Part shown: in pieces, positions 30,252 through 40,609 of the stretch
Position numbering within the stretch: the first letter of the stretch is position 1
Layout of the letters: the number at the start of each line of letters is the position of its first letter
Source of the DNA: Candidatus Cloacimonadales bacterium
GTDB taxonomy: Bacteria; Cloacimonadota; Cloacimonadia; Cloacimonadales; JAFGVF01
Length of the DNA stretch: 64,000 bases
Assembly: GCA_963663475.2 (NCBI GenBank)
Contig: CAXXJV010000002.1
Span: 192,001-256,000, forward strand
Direction of reading: 5' to 3'
Translations under genes and position numbers: made by a program
Notes under the pieces: model-generated
The model's database searches: none
The model's input: the letters and a program-made list of their open reading frames with translations, nothing else
Told to the model about the DNA's origin: nothing

Positions 30252-31445
30252 ATGTTTAGAGTTATTATGATTTTATTAATCTTATCAACTAGTAGTTTGC
30301 TACAAGGATACCAAAGCCAAAATCCTGATGAAATAACTCTTAAAGAAAATGAACTAAAATCTAAGAAAAAAGAGATTCAAGCCTTAAAAGAAGATATAAA
30401 AAAACTACAAGACCAAGAAAATGCTATCAAGAATGATAAATCATTAACAAGTAAAGAAAAGGAAAGAAAAGGAAGAAAGCTCAGACAGCTGATTAAAGAT
30501 AAAACATACCTGAAAAACAATCTCCAATGGTGGGTAAATCAGGCAGAAAATGTGGAAAGTGAACTTAATCAGAAAAAAAATCAATCACAAAAAACTAAAT
30601 CATCCTTCGAGAATCTCCAAAATTCCTATGAAAAAGAACTTATAGCCCTCTTTCTACTCAATATCCCCAAAACTAATAATGATAATGTTCGTAAGAAAAT
30701 GTTATTGAAATCGCTAATGACCTACCAAGAAGACCTTATCTTTAACCTGGATACAGACTATCTGAAAGCTCAAAATGCTATTGCTGAAAACCAAGATAAA
30801 TTAACTAATATAAATGAGAAAATTGAAGATAAGCAAAAGCAACAAAATCAAGTTGACCAAGAATATGAAGAATATAAAAAAGAAACTGATAAACTTGAAA
30901 GTAAAATAGCTAATCTTAGCCAACAAGAAGCTCAAGTTCTCAAGCAAAGAAAGGCACTTCTCTCAGAAAAAGAAAGATTGGAAAGAGAAGCAGCAGAATT
31001 AGAAACTTTCATTGATGATTTGATTAGAGCTAAAGAAGATATTGATGCTTCTAAACTTGTAAATAATATTTTAATAAAAAGACCTTGTCAAGGAAACATA
31101 ATAAAAGAATTTGGTGCTAAACTAAATCAACTGTCAAAAGTAACTAGTAAAGGTATAGAAATAAACGCTAAACCAGGTAGTCCTATTCTTGCTGTTTATG
31201 ATGGACAAGTCCTTTTTAGTGGATTAGTTAAGTCAAGAGGTCAGCTAGTTATTGTAGATCATCTTAATGGATTTGTTTCTGTCTATGCTAATAACAGTTC
31301 CCTGAAAGTCTCTAAAGGAGAGCAGGTTCAACAAGGCCAAGTTATTGGATATTCTGGTACAGATTCAGAAGGCAGACCTATTGTTTACTTTGAATTAAGA
31401 AAAAACGGCAACCCAGTTAACCCAAAAATATATTTTATTAAATAA
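30252..31445 (+). CDS. EnvC-like murein hydrolase activator (coiled coil + degenerate M23)
   Basis: Signal peptide, long coiled coil, M23 fold lacking the Zn ligands (SKGIEI, VYFELR), as in EnvC. Confidence 0.82.
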   Translation: MFRVIMILLILSTSSLLQGYQSQNPDEITLKENELKSKKKEIQALKEDIKKLQDQENAIKNDKSLTSKEKERKGRKLRQLIKDKTYLKNNLQWWVNQAENVESELNQKKNQSQKTKSSFENLQNSYEKELIALFLLNIPKTNNDNVRKKMLLKSLMTYQEDLIFNLDTDYLKAQNAIAENQDKLTNINEKIEDKQKQQNQVDQEYEEYKKETDKLESKIANLSQQEAQVLKQRKALLSEKERLEREAAELETFIDDLIRAKEDIDASKLVNNILIKRPCQGNIIKEFGAKLNQLSKVTSKGIEINAKPGSPILAVYDGQVLFSGLVKSRGQLVIVDHLNGFVSVYANNSSLKVSKGEQVQQGQVIGYSGTDSEGRPIVYFELRKNGNPVNPKIYFIK

Positions 31446-31487
31446 TAATAGAAAATTACTCATAAAAAAAGAATCTCAGGAGCTAAA

Positions 31488-32561
31488 TTGAAGCTTTATA
31501 AGGATATTAAGTTTAAAAATGTAGAAAAGATGATAGATAAATCTTTTCATGCTGATTCAGTTTTTTTACACCATACTGGATTTATGTTCGGAATAGGTGG
31601 AAGTATTGATAGTGAAATCGCTCTGACTAAAATTGCCAAAGTCAAGTCTCGCGATTCACTAAAGGGTTTTGTCGTCTTAGTTTCTAGCCTTGAAACTATC
31701 TTGCAAGCTATAGATAATCCTGATGGCAAAACTTGTCGCTTGTTAGAACAGTACTCACCAGGTAATGTTACTTTTGTGCTAAAATGTTCAGACCCTAGAT
31801 ACAAAAAGGTTGCCCAAGATGGCTATGTTGCTTTTAGACTTCCCCAAAATCCTATACTCTGCTATTTTATCAATAAGATTGGTAGTCCTATAGTCTCTTC
31901 AAGTATAAATCACAATGGTATGCCTCCTGAGACAGACTTAAAAACTATTGTAAAAACTTATATGTCATGGTTTGATTTTGGTTTCACTCCATATAAAAGC
32001 TATAGATTCTCAGATGAACAAGCTTCAACTATTGTTAAGATTGATAAGGATATTGTCTGCCTAAGAGAAGCTTCAATTCCATTTTATGAAATTAAGGAGA
32101 GCTATTACAAATCAATGGTATTATTTGTTTGTACTGGAAATGTATGTCGCTCCCCAATAGCTGAATATCTCCTAAAACAAAAAATTGAAGCTAATCAGCT
32201 ACCCTTTAGAACAGCTTCAGCAGGAGTACTTCAAGATGGTATGGTTATCTCTGCAAATTCAGCAGCCCTGCTTTTAGAAGCAGATATTGATGCTACAAAA
32301 CATATTTCCAGAAAATTAAACGAGAATATTATTAGAGATAGCTGGCTGATCTTAACTATGGAAGAAGATCATAAAAAATATTTCGCTAAGAGGTATCCTC
32401 AGTATGAGCATAAGGTATTTACCCTCTTAGAATTTTGTGGACAAGAAGGCGATATTGAAGATCCTTATCAAGAGAGTATTGAAAAGTATAAAATAGCTTA
32501 TAAGATTATTGAAGAAAAAATAAATTGCTTAATTGATATATTAAAGAAAGAGGTAAAATAG
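31488..32561 (+). CDS. Fusion of Sua5/TsaC-like domain and low-molecular-weight protein phosphatase
   Basis: N-half: K.R...K, PGNVT, FRLP, SSIN and STIV motifs. C-half: FVCTGNVCRSPIAE and IEDPY. TTG start after AGGAG. Confidence 0.85.
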   Translation: MKLYKDIKFKNVEKMIDKSFHADSVFLHHTGFMFGIGGSIDSEIALTKIAKVKSRDSLKGFVVLVSSLETILQAIDNPDGKTCRLLEQYSPGNVTFVLKCSDPRYKKVAQDGYVAFRLPQNPILCYFINKIGSPIVSSSINHNGMPPETDLKTIVKTYMSWFDFGFTPYKSYRFSDEQASTIVKIDKDIVCLREASIPFYEIKESYYKSMVLFVCTGNVCRSPIAEYLLKQKIEANQLPFRTASAGVLQDGMVISANSAALLLEADIDATKHISRKLNENIIRDSWLILTMEEDHKKYFAKRYPQYEHKVFTLLEFCGQEGDIEDPYQESIEKYKIAYKIIEEKINCLIDILKKEVK

Positions 32562-34763
32562 ATGATTGAACCGAAAATTACTCCAGAGATTATCCAAGAA
32601 CATGGGATTAATCAAGAAGAGTGGAAACAAATTTTAGATACTTTGAAGAGACAACCTACCTTCACTGAATTAGGGATTATTTCAGTTATGTGGTCAGAAC
32701 ATGCTAGTTATAAGAATTCAATCAAACTCATTAAAACACTTCCCAGAGATGGACAAGCTATGCTGGCCAAAGCTGGAGATGAAAATGCTGGTGTAGTTGA
32801 TATTGGTGATGGCTTAGCTGTTTCCTTTAAAATCGAATCTCATAATCATCCTTCAGCTGTAGAACCTTATCATGGTGCTGCAACTGGTGTAGGAGGTATC
32901 TTAAGAGATATCTTTACTATGGGAGCAAGACCTGTAGCTGTCTTAGATTCTTTAAGATTTGGTAATCCTAACAGTCCTAATGTTAAGTTCCTTATGCACG
33001 GTGTGGTTGATGGTATAGCTGATTATGGTAATTGTTTTGGCGTTCCTAATGTTGGTGGTGAAGTTTACTTTGAAGATAGTTATACAGGTAATCCTCTAGT
33101 AAATGCCATGGCTGTAGGAGTTTTAAAACATGAAAATCTCGCTAAATCAGGAGCCGAGGGTGTTGGTAACTATGTTATGTATGTAGGAGCTAAAACTGGT
33201 AGAGATGGTATTCATGGAGCCACCTTTGCTTCAGTTGAACTGACTGATGAATCAGAAGAAAAACGTACAGCTGTCCAAGTTGGAGATCCATTTATGGAAA
33301 AACTCCTTCTAGAAGCTACCTTAGAAACTATCGAAGCTGGTGTTATTGTAGCCATCCAAGATATGGGTGCAGCTGGTTTAACCTGCTCAAGTAGTGAAAT
33401 GGCTGGTAAGACAGGTGTAGGAATTGAGCTTGATGTTAACTTAGTTCCCAAACGTGAATCTGGTATGACCCCCTACGAAGTAATGTTGTCAGAATCTCAA
33501 GAGAGAATGTTGATGATTGTGGAAGATAAAAATGTAGAGAAAGTACAAGCTATCTATGAAAAATGGGATCTTCATGCTGAAATAATAGGAAAAGTTACAG
33601 ATGATGGTATGTTAAGAGTTAAAGAGGGTGATCTTGTTAAAGCTGAATTACCTGCTAAAATGCTAGTTCTTGGTGGTGATGCTCCTCAGTATGACCGTGA
33701 ACAGAAAAAACCAGATTATATAGATCAAGTTCAAAATGCTGACTTATCTGATATTCCTCAACCAGATGATTATAATCAGGCATTTATTACTCTTCTCTCA
33801 TCTTATAACATAGCCTCGAAAGCTAGTATCTATAAGCAATATGACCACATGGTTCAGATTAATTCAATGGTCGAACCAGGTTCTGATGCAGGTGTTGTTA
33901 GGGTTAAAGATACTAACAAAGCACTTGCTCTCTCCACAGATTGTAATGGAAGACATTGCTGGCTTAACCCTTATGAAGGTGCTAAAGGTGCTGTTGCTGA
34001 ATCTGCTCGTAATGTTGTTTGTAGTGGAGCTAAGCCTATAGCTATTACCAACTGCTTAAACTTTGGTAATCCTTATAAACCAGAAGTCTACTGGACTTTT
34101 GCCCAAGCAATAAAAGGTATAGGTGATGCTTGTAGAGCTTTCGATACACCTGTTACTGGTGGTAATGTCTCATTCTATAATGAAAATCCTACTACTGCTA
34201 TTTACCCAACTCCTACTATTGGTATGCTAGGACTTATCTCTGATAATAAAAAAATAATGGATCAATACTTCAAAGATGAAGGTGATATAATTATTCTTTT
34301 AGGAGATAAGGCAGATTCCTTTGCTGGTTCAGAATATCTTAAAGAAGTGCATGGAAAGATTTTAGGTAATGCGCCTCAAGTAGATTTAGATAAAGAAAAA
34401 AGATTATATGAAATAGTCTTAGAACTCATTGATAAAGGTCTAATCAAGTCTGCTCATGACTGTTCAGATGGTGGACTAGCTGTAGCACTAGCTGAATCTT
34501 GTTTCTTACCAAACAAAAGTGTTAAGGGAGCTATTATTGATATTGATTTTGAACACAGACCAGACCAAGAACTATTTGGTGAAGCTCATTCTCGTATTGT
34601 AATTTCAACTGTAGCAGAAAATATTCCTGCAATAATCGATATATGTGATGACTTTACTTGCTCTGTAATCGGAGAAGTTAGTGGCGATTCCTTCAAGATT
34701 AATGATATTATTGATATCCCAAAAGATAAACTTTTTGCTAGTTGGTATAATAGAATTAAATAA
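32562..34763 (+). CDS. purL: Phosphoribosylformylglycinamidine synthase subunit PurL
   Basis: [26 protein letters not shown] and [10 protein letters not shown] motifs. Confidence 0.98.
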   Translation: MIEPKITPEIIQEHGINQEEWKQILDTLKRQPTFTELGIISVMWSEHASYKNSIKLIKTLPRDGQAMLAKAGDENAGVVDIGDGLAVSFKIESHNHPSAVEPYHGAATGVGGILRDIFTMGARPVAVLDSLRFGNPNSPNVKFLMHGVVDGIADYGNCFGVPNVGGEVYFEDSYTGNPLVNAMAVGVLKHENLAKSGAEGVGNYVMYVGAKTGRDGIHGATFASVELTDESEEKRTAVQVGDPFMEKLLLEATLETIEAGVIVAIQDMGAAGLTCSSSEMAGKTGVGIELDVNLVPKRESGMTPYEVMLSESQERMLMIVEDKNVEKVQAIYEKWDLHAEIIGKVTDDGMLRVKEGDLVKAELPAKMLVLGGDAPQYDREQKKPDYIDQVQNADLSDIPQPDDYNQAFITLLSSYNIASKASIYKQYDHMVQINSMVEPGSDAGVVRVKDTNKALALSTDCNGRHCWLNPYEGAKGAVAESARNVVCSGAKPIAITNCLNFGNPYKPEVYWTFAQAIKGIGDACRAFDTPVTGGNVSFYNENPTTAIYPTPTIGMLGLISDNKKIMDQYFKDEGDIIILLGDKADSFAGSEYLKEVHGKILGNAPQVDLDKEKRLYEIVLELIDKGLIKSAHDCSDGGLAVALAESCFLPNKSVKGAIIDIDFEHRPDQELFGEAHSRIVISTVAENIPAIIDICDDFTCSVIGEVSGDSFKINDIIDIPKDKLFASWYNRIK

Positions 34764-34777
34764 TAATTGACAGAAAA

Positions 34778-34825
34778 TAAAAGAGACACAAAAATAACCT
34801 ATTATTGTGTCTCTTATTTTTTTTT
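34778..34825 (+). terminator. Intrinsic terminator after purL
   Basis: AAGAGACACAA/TTGTGTCTCTT stem followed by a T tract. Confidence 0.75.
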
Positions 34826-34854
34826 GACTAAAAATACTCAAATTTGGAGGAGGA

Positions 34855-35367
34855 ATGAAGATGAACTTTTTATTTTCCAATGCTTTTTGGGGAGTTTTAT
34901 TAATTCTCTGGGGCTTGTCTTTAGTGTTAAAAGCTTTTTTCCCAAGTATTAGATTTCCTATAGCTACAATTTTTATTTCTATTTGCATTATTGTTTTTGG
35001 ATTTCAATTACTAATAGGTGGTTTTGGTTCAAACAGAAGCAGAAACCATAAAAGAATGAGTCATGGCTATACAGAAAGAATTTCCGAAGAATTTTCTGAA
35101 GAACTGAATGTTGTCTTTTCGACTGATAGCATAAGGTTAAACAAGTTAGATGTCTCAACTCAAGACAGATATGTTGATGTAAATGCTGTATTCGGACGAG
35201 CTATAATTTATGTTAGTAGTACAACACCAGTGAGAATTGAGGCAGATGCTGTCTTTGGTAAAATCTATAAAGATTCAAGGTTAAAATGGGCTTCTGGCAA
35301 TGAAACAGCTCTCATCATAAATGCTGATGCTGTCTTTGGATCTGTGGATATTATAGTTTTAGATTAA
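34855..35367 (+). CDS. LiaF-like membrane protein (DUF2154-type C-terminus)
   Basis: Two N-terminal TM helices (FWGVLLILWG) and repeated AVFG motifs. Confidence 0.7.
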   Translation: MKMNFLFSNAFWGVLLILWGLSLVLKAFFPSIRFPIATIFISICIIVFGFQLLIGGFGSNRSRNHKRMSHGYTERISEEFSEELNVVFSTDSIRLNKLDVSTQDRYVDVNAVFGRAIIYVSSTTPVRIEADAVFGKIYKDSRLKWASGNETALIINADAVFGSVDIIVLD

Positions 35368-35370
35368 TCG

Positions 35371-37527
35371 ATGAAAAAAAGCATTTTTCTTGTATGTTTT
35401 CTCATTTGTCTTTTTAGCCTGCAAGCTAAAGACCAAAAAATAGGTCTTGCCCTTAGTGGGGGAGGTGCACGTGGCTTTGCTCATATAGGCTTGCTCAAGG
35501 TTATTGATGAAATAGGCTTAGAAATTGATTATGTTTCAGGAACAAGTTTTGGTGCTTTGATAGGAGCTCTTTATTCCTTAGGCTATTCAGGCAAAGAAAT
35601 TGAAGATATCTTTCTTAAATTTGATTTTAGAAGTAATATTGACGAATCAATAAGTAGAAAAGATCTCTTTATCGAAGAAAAGCGGTGGTTAGATTATGGT
35701 GCTGTTAGTTTCAATATTGATGAAGACCTTTCCTTAGATATTCCTATTTCTATCTTATCTGGTAATAATATGTTGCAGAAACTAGCAAAGTATCTTAACA
35801 CAGGGGCTTATTATCAAAATTTTGATGATTTCCCAATCCCTTTTAGATGCAATGCTACCAACTTAACTACTGGTGAAAGTGTTACCTTCAGCAAGGGTAA
35901 CCTGATTGATGTAGTTCGTGCTTCCATGGCTTTCCCTACCCTATTAGAGCCTTTTTTGGTGAATGATCAACCTTATGTAGATGGTGGCGTTAAAGATAAC
36001 TTACCAGTCCAAGCTCTACTGGACATGGGCGCAGACTTTACAATTGCTAGTAAAGTAAATACTCCACTAAAAGATAAAGATGAATGTGAAGACTTTATAG
36101 CTATCCTAAATCAAACGATCAATATTAATATGAATGTCTGGGTTGAGGAATCAATCAAGAAAACTGATCTTTTGATTGTTCCACAACTAAACAATTTCAC
36201 TAATTCTAGTTTTGAAGATATTAGAGAAATAATTCAAGATGGGGAAGATGCAGCTAGAGCAAATCTAGATAGTCTTAAAAGCTTAGTTAAGCAAAACAAG
36301 TTTAAAAAAGCCAGAAAGAAAGCATATAGAACTCCTGAAAGAATATTTATCAATGATGTAAGTGTCTCAGGAAACAAGACAATTCATAGTAGCAAGGTAA
36401 AGTTATATGCTGGGCTTGATAGTAATAACTTTTATTCTTTCAATCAAATTCTTCAAGCTTCCAAAAAGTGTTATAATACTAAAAACTTCACTTGGGTATA
36501 TCCTAAACTTAAGTATAAAGATGGTAAGTATGACCTGGAAATAGTTACTAAGGAAAGAGGTAAAAGCTTTGCATCTTTTGATGCTATCTATGATACCTCT
36601 GATGATCTAGTAGCGAGACTTACTACAACCCTAAATAATATTATTCAAAAGAACTCTAAGTTTATTGCAAGCTTGCAATTAGGAGGGGTTAATTCTCTTA
36701 AAGTAGACTATGTTAAAAATTTCGGAGACCTTTATGGAGCATATTATCACCTATTTCCATATATAGAAGAAAGCAAACTTTATTACTATAATGAAGAAGG
36801 TGATAAAAGTGTTAGAATCAAGAAATTGGAGTATGGTCTAAATTTAGGAATTGGCTTCTTTATCAAAGATATTTTGGTGGGAGAGGGCTATTTATTCGGT
36901 TTTAGATCTAATCTTTACCAAGATGTAGCTGACTTAGATTTAGAGCAAAGACAGTTTAAATCTTCTGGTCTAGGTCTCAAAGCTTATCATGAAACTTTAG
37001 ATGACCTTTACTTCCCTAGTTCAGGCAATAGAATAATGATGAGTTATCAAAAAGCACTCGATAGCCCTTTAGCTGATGAATCATATGAAAAAATATATAT
37101 AGACTTGTTCAAAGCTTTTCCGCTCTCTAATTCTTTATCTGTGCAAGCTGGAATTGAAAGCGGACTCTTTAGAAATGCAGATTTAGGAATTTCATTTTCC
37201 CCCTATGAAATTGGTGGTATCGATTCATTTACAGGTATTGATAAACATGGACTTAACGAAGAAGCATTTCAAATTAATAGGTTAGGTATGCAATATGAAT
37301 TTAATAATAGATACTACCTTACTATGAGTGGTCAGTATCTCTATAAAGGTGAATTAAAAAAATCAGGACAAGCACTAACTTCTCAAAAGGTTATTGACCT
37401 TAGCCTGGGCTATAAAACACCTCTAGGACCACTTCGCTTAGCTATTTCATACGACTTTGATTCCAATGTTAACTACTATTTAGCATTTGGATTCACTAAG
37501 GATATGTTCAAACTCTCAAAACACTAG
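35371..37527 (+). CDS. Patatin-like phospholipase with POTRA and Omp85-type barrel (PlpD/type Vd-like)
   Basis: Signal peptide; SGGGARG, GTSFG and DGG motifs; POTRA-like VSVSGN; C-terminal barrel LGYKTPLGPL. Confidence 0.85.
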   Translation: MKKSIFLVCFLICLFSLQAKDQKIGLALSGGGARGFAHIGLLKVIDEIGLEIDYVSGTSFGALIGALYSLGYSGKEIEDIFLKFDFRSNIDESISRKDLFIEEKRWLDYGAVSFNIDEDLSLDIPISILSGNNMLQKLAKYLNTGAYYQNFDDFPIPFRCNATNLTTGESVTFSKGNLIDVVRASMAFPTLLEPFLVNDQPYVDGGVKDNLPVQALLDMGADFTIASKVNTPLKDKDECEDFIAILNQTININMNVWVEESIKKTDLLIVPQLNNFTNSSFEDIREIIQDGEDAARANLDSLKSLVKQNKFKKARKKAYRTPERIFINDVSVSGNKTIHSSKVKLYAGLDSNNFYSFNQILQASKKCYNTKNFTWVYPKLKYKDGKYDLEIVTKERGKSFASFDAIYDTSDDLVARLTTTLNNIIQKNSKFIASLQLGGVNSLKVDYVKNFGDLYGAYYHLFPYIEESKLYYYNEEGDKSVRIKKLEYGLNLGIGFFIKDILVGEGYLFGFRSNLYQDVADLDLEQRQFKSSGLGLKAYHETLDDLYFPSSGNRIMMSYQKALDSPLADESYEKIYIDLFKAFPLSNSLSVQAGIESGLFRNADLGISFSPYEIGGIDSFTGIDKHGLNEEAFQINRLGMQYEFNNRYYLTMSGQYLYKGELKKSGQALTSQKVIDLSLGYKTPLGPLRLAISYDFDSNVNYYLAFGFTKDMFKLSKH

Positions 37528-37535
37528 GAGGATAT

Positions 37536-38519
37536 ATGATACCTGTAATTGATCTTCATGCTGATACCTACATGAAGAAGAATATTTTTTCTACCCTACC
37601 TTGGTTAAGAAAGGCCTATTTTAAATTACCTTCTCAACCTGATAAAGAAGTTCAGATGACCGAAGATATCACTAAAGAAAGTCTTGTAGCTGGAAATGTT
37701 AAACTACAAACTCAATCCCTATTTATTGGTCAGATAGGCATTACTAATCCTCTCCATAATAGCTTAAAAATGATATCACAGATAAAACAAGATATTAAGA
37801 AAGATATTGACTTATATCAATATTATGAAAGTAGAGATTTTGACGAACATAAAGATAAATATGGTACCTTGATTTCTATTGAAGGCTTAGAAGTTATAGA
37901 AAATGACCTAGAGTTACTTGATATTTTTGCAGAACTCGGGGTTAGGATAATTGGTCCAACTTGGAACAGATCTCTTCCCTATGTAGGATCTGCTACTGAA
38001 CCATATGGTATTCTTAGACAAGGTAGGAAGCTAGCAGATAAGATTAATGAATTAGGACTGATATTCGATGTCTCACATATGTCTGATCAAGGTTTTTGGG
38101 ATTTCTTAAATATCTTAGAAGTTCCAATTATTGCCTCCCATTCAAATTATCGTAATGTCCTTCCTCATGAAAGAAATTTATCTGAAGAAATGATTAGAGA
38201 AATTGATAATCTCGGAGGTGTTATGGGATTGAACTTCTATCCTGATTTCATGCAAACATCAAAAATTCAAACATTTGCAGATTATCCTAAAGGCTATTCA
38301 GCTATTTATCACATGCTTGATGTAATTGTCTCAGAATTTGGAGATGATGTTGTAGCAATAGGTTCCGATTTTGATGGAATTTCTAAATATTTAGAAGGAG
38401 TTAGAAACCCCAGTTTTTACCAAGATTTCGCAGTCTTTCTAAGAAAACATAATGTTTCTATGAACACAATTGAAAAATTTTATTATAAGAATGCTCTTAG
38501 AGTGTTAAATATGATATGA
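37536..38519 (+). CDS. M19 membrane dipeptidase family protein
   Basis: DLHAD, IEG, DVSH, ASHSN, RNL and GSDFDG motifs. Confidence 0.9.
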   Translation: MIPVIDLHADTYMKKNIFSTLPWLRKAYFKLPSQPDKEVQMTEDITKESLVAGNVKLQTQSLFIGQIGITNPLHNSLKMISQIKQDIKKDIDLYQYYESRDFDEHKDKYGTLISIEGLEVIENDLELLDIFAELGVRIIGPTWNRSLPYVGSATEPYGILRQGRKLADKINELGLIFDVSHMSDQGFWDFLNILEVPIIASHSNYRNVLPHERNLSEEMIREIDNLGGVMGLNFYPDFMQTSKIQTFADYPKGYSAIYHMLDVIVSEFGDDVVAIGSDFDGISKYLEGVRNPSFYQDFAVFLRKHNVSMNTIEKFYYKNALRVLNMI

Positions 38520-38526
38520 GGAAAGT

Positions 38527-39114
38527 ATGAAAAGATGTGAATGGTGCTTATCTGACCCCTTGTATATGAAATACCATGATGAAGAATGGGGAAAACCACT
38601 CTATGATGATCAAAAACTATTTGAGTTTTTAGTCTTAGAGTCTATGCAGGCAGGTTTGAGTTGGCTTACTATTCTTAAAAAGAGAGATAACTTCAGACAG
38701 GCTTTTGCTAATTTCGATATTGCTAAAGTTGCAAGATTTAATGAAGAGAAAGTCCAAGCTCTTTTAGCCAATCCAGGAATCATTAGGAATAAACTGAAAG
38801 TTAGAGCTGCTATTAATAATGCCCAGAGAATCCAAGAAATTCAGGCAGAATTTGCTTCCTTCTCTAGTTATCTTTGGTCTTTTGTAAACGGCAAGCCAAT
38901 AAATAACCACTTTGAGAATATTCATGACCTGCCTAGCTCCACCAACTTATCTGATAAAATATGCAAAGATTTAAAGAAAAGGAAATTTAAGTTTGTAGGT
39001 GGGACTATAATATATTCATTCATGCAAGCAGTAGGTATGGTAAATGATCACATAGTTGATTGTTACAGATATAAGCAAATTCAAGATAATGGATTAACCC
39101 AAATAATGCATTAG
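38527..39114 (+). CDS. tag: DNA-3-methyladenine glycosylase I
   Basis: RCEW, YHDEEWG, QAGLSW, IIRNKLK and GMVNDH..C motifs. Confidence 0.96.
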   Translation: MKRCEWCLSDPLYMKYHDEEWGKPLYDDQKLFEFLVLESMQAGLSWLTILKKRDNFRQAFANFDIAKVARFNEEKVQALLANPGIIRNKLKVRAAINNAQRIQEIQAEFASFSSYLWSFVNGKPINNHFENIHDLPSSTNLSDKICKDLKKRKFKFVGGTIIYSFMQAVGMVNDHIVDCYRYKQIQDNGLTQIMH

Positions 39115-39167
39115 ATCTTTGCGAATAGCACTCTTCATCAAAGTTAAAATGCACTATTCGGGATTAA
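39094..39167. repeat. Family-1 element, compact copy E (overlaps the tag stop codon)
   Basis: TTAACCCAAATAATGCATTAGATCTTTG-CGAATAGCACTCTTCAT-CAAAGTTAAAATGCACTATTCGGGATTAA. Confidence 0.82.
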
Positions 39168-39234
39168 GATAGATAGAAAAATTCGATTATTCTTGACTAC
39201 AAACCCTAGTGGAAAATTACTCAACAAAACAAAA

Positions 39235-39287
39235 TAAACAGAATGATATAGTAGAACTTAAAATAACTACTGTATTATTTGGGTTAA
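39235..39287. repeat. Family-1 element, inverted and internally deleted copy F
   Basis: Ends in CTACTGTATTATTTGGGTTAA, the reverse complement of the left arm; starts with a reverse-complemented right arm. Confidence 0.65.
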
Positions 39288-39297
39288 AGGATTTTTA

Positions 39298-40092
39298 ATG
39301 TATAATAGATTGAAAGAAAGTAAGAATTTTTTTCTTTTAGCAGGACCATGTGTTATTGAATCTGAAGATATGATGTATAAGATTGCTGAGGAACTTAAGA
39401 GATTATCAGTCAAGTTTGATATACCTCTTGTCTTTAAAGCCTCTTACAAAAAAGCTAATAGGACTTCACTAGACTCATTTACTGGTCTTGGTATTGAAAC
39501 AGGTCTTAAACTGTTAGCTCAAATAAAGGCAGATTTTGACCTTCCTATAGTAACAGATGTTCATGAAACTAATGAAATTGAACAAGTTGCTCAGGTAGCT
39601 GATATTATTCAAATTCCTGCTTTTTTATCTAGGCAGACTGACCTCTTAATTCAAGCAGGTAAAACTGGTAAAATAGTAAATATTAAAAAAGCTCAATTTA
39701 TGGCAGGCCAAGACATTATTTCTGCTGCTGAGAAAGTTATATCTACGTCTAACAAAAATATTCTCTTAACTGAAAGAGGAACATCGTTTGGCTATAACAA
39801 TTTAGTTGTAGATTTTAGAAATTTTGCTATAATGCATAAGGCAAATTTTCCTATTGTTTATGATGTAACTCATTCTCTCCAACAACCTTCTCTACACAAA
39901 ATCTCTGGTGGTAGTCCTGAATATGTACCTATGATGGCTAAGGCTGCTCTTGCTACTGGATTGGTAGATGGACTCTTTATTGAAACACACCCACAACCTG
40001 AAAAAGCTCTTAGCGATGCTAAATCAATGATCGCTTTGAACCAAATGGAAAAACTACTTACCGATTGTATAAGGATATGGAATGCAAGATAA
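39298..40092 (+). CDS. kdsA: KDO8P synthase
   Basis: AGPCVIES, KANRTS, QIPAFL, ERGTSFGY and THSLQ motifs. Confidence 0.97.
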   Translation: MYNRLKESKNFFLLAGPCVIESEDMMYKIAEELKRLSVKFDIPLVFKASYKKANRTSLDSFTGLGIETGLKLLAQIKADFDLPIVTDVHETNEIEQVAQVADIIQIPAFLSRQTDLLIQAGKTGKIVNIKKAQFMAGQDIISAAEKVISTSNKNILLTERGTSFGYNNLVVDFRNFAIMHKANFPIVYDVTHSLQQPSLHKISGGSPEYVPMMAKAALATGLVDGLFIETHPQPEKALSDAKSMIALNQMEKLLTDCIRIWNAR

Positions 40093-40609
40093 ATTAAAAA
40101 AGATTAAACTAGTCTGCTTCGATTGTGACGGAGTCTTGACTGATGGAAGAATCATCTATATTCAAACTGAAGATTACAAGGTTTATGAACAAAAAAACTT
40201 TTCTGCTCGAGATGGTATGGGAATAATGATGTTGAATAGGGCAGGTTTAATCCCAGCTGTTATCACTGGTAGAACATCAATGGTCTTACAAAAAAGATGC
40301 CAAGATTTAAAAATTAATCACTTCTATCAAAATATAGATAATAAAGCTATTAAAATGCAAGAATTACTCAACTTGTTAAATCTAGATTGGGAAAATTTAG
40401 CCTATATGGGGGATGATTGGAATGATTATCCTATTCTTGCTAAAGCAGGTTTTGCTGCTTGTCCTTTTGATGGTGAAGATGCTATTAAAGAATATGTTGA
40501 TTTTATCTCTCCTAATTGTGGAGGAAAAGGGGCTGTTAGGCAGTTGATTGACCTCATATTACATGCTCAAGGTTTATATGAAAAAGCTATTGAAAAGTTT
40601 ACTGATTAG
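40082..40609 (+). CDS. kdsC: KDO8P phosphatase (HAD)
   Basis: FDCDGVLTDG, RDGMG, ITGR, GDDWND and GGKGAVR motifs. Confidence 0.93.
   Translation: MQDKLKKIKLVCFDCDGVLTDGRIIYIQTEDYKVYEQKNFSARDGMGIMMLNRAGLIPAVITGRTSMVLQKRCQDLKINHFYQNIDNKAIKMQELLNLLNLDWENLAYMGDDWNDYPILAKAGFAACPFDGEDAIKEYVDFISPNCGGKGAVRQLIDLILHAQGLYEKAIEKFTD

Noticed and set aside
34605-34988. ORFs 34605-34988(-), 34586-34789(-) and 34767-34952(+)
   Set aside because: They overlap purL, its terminator and the next gene, with no coding signal.
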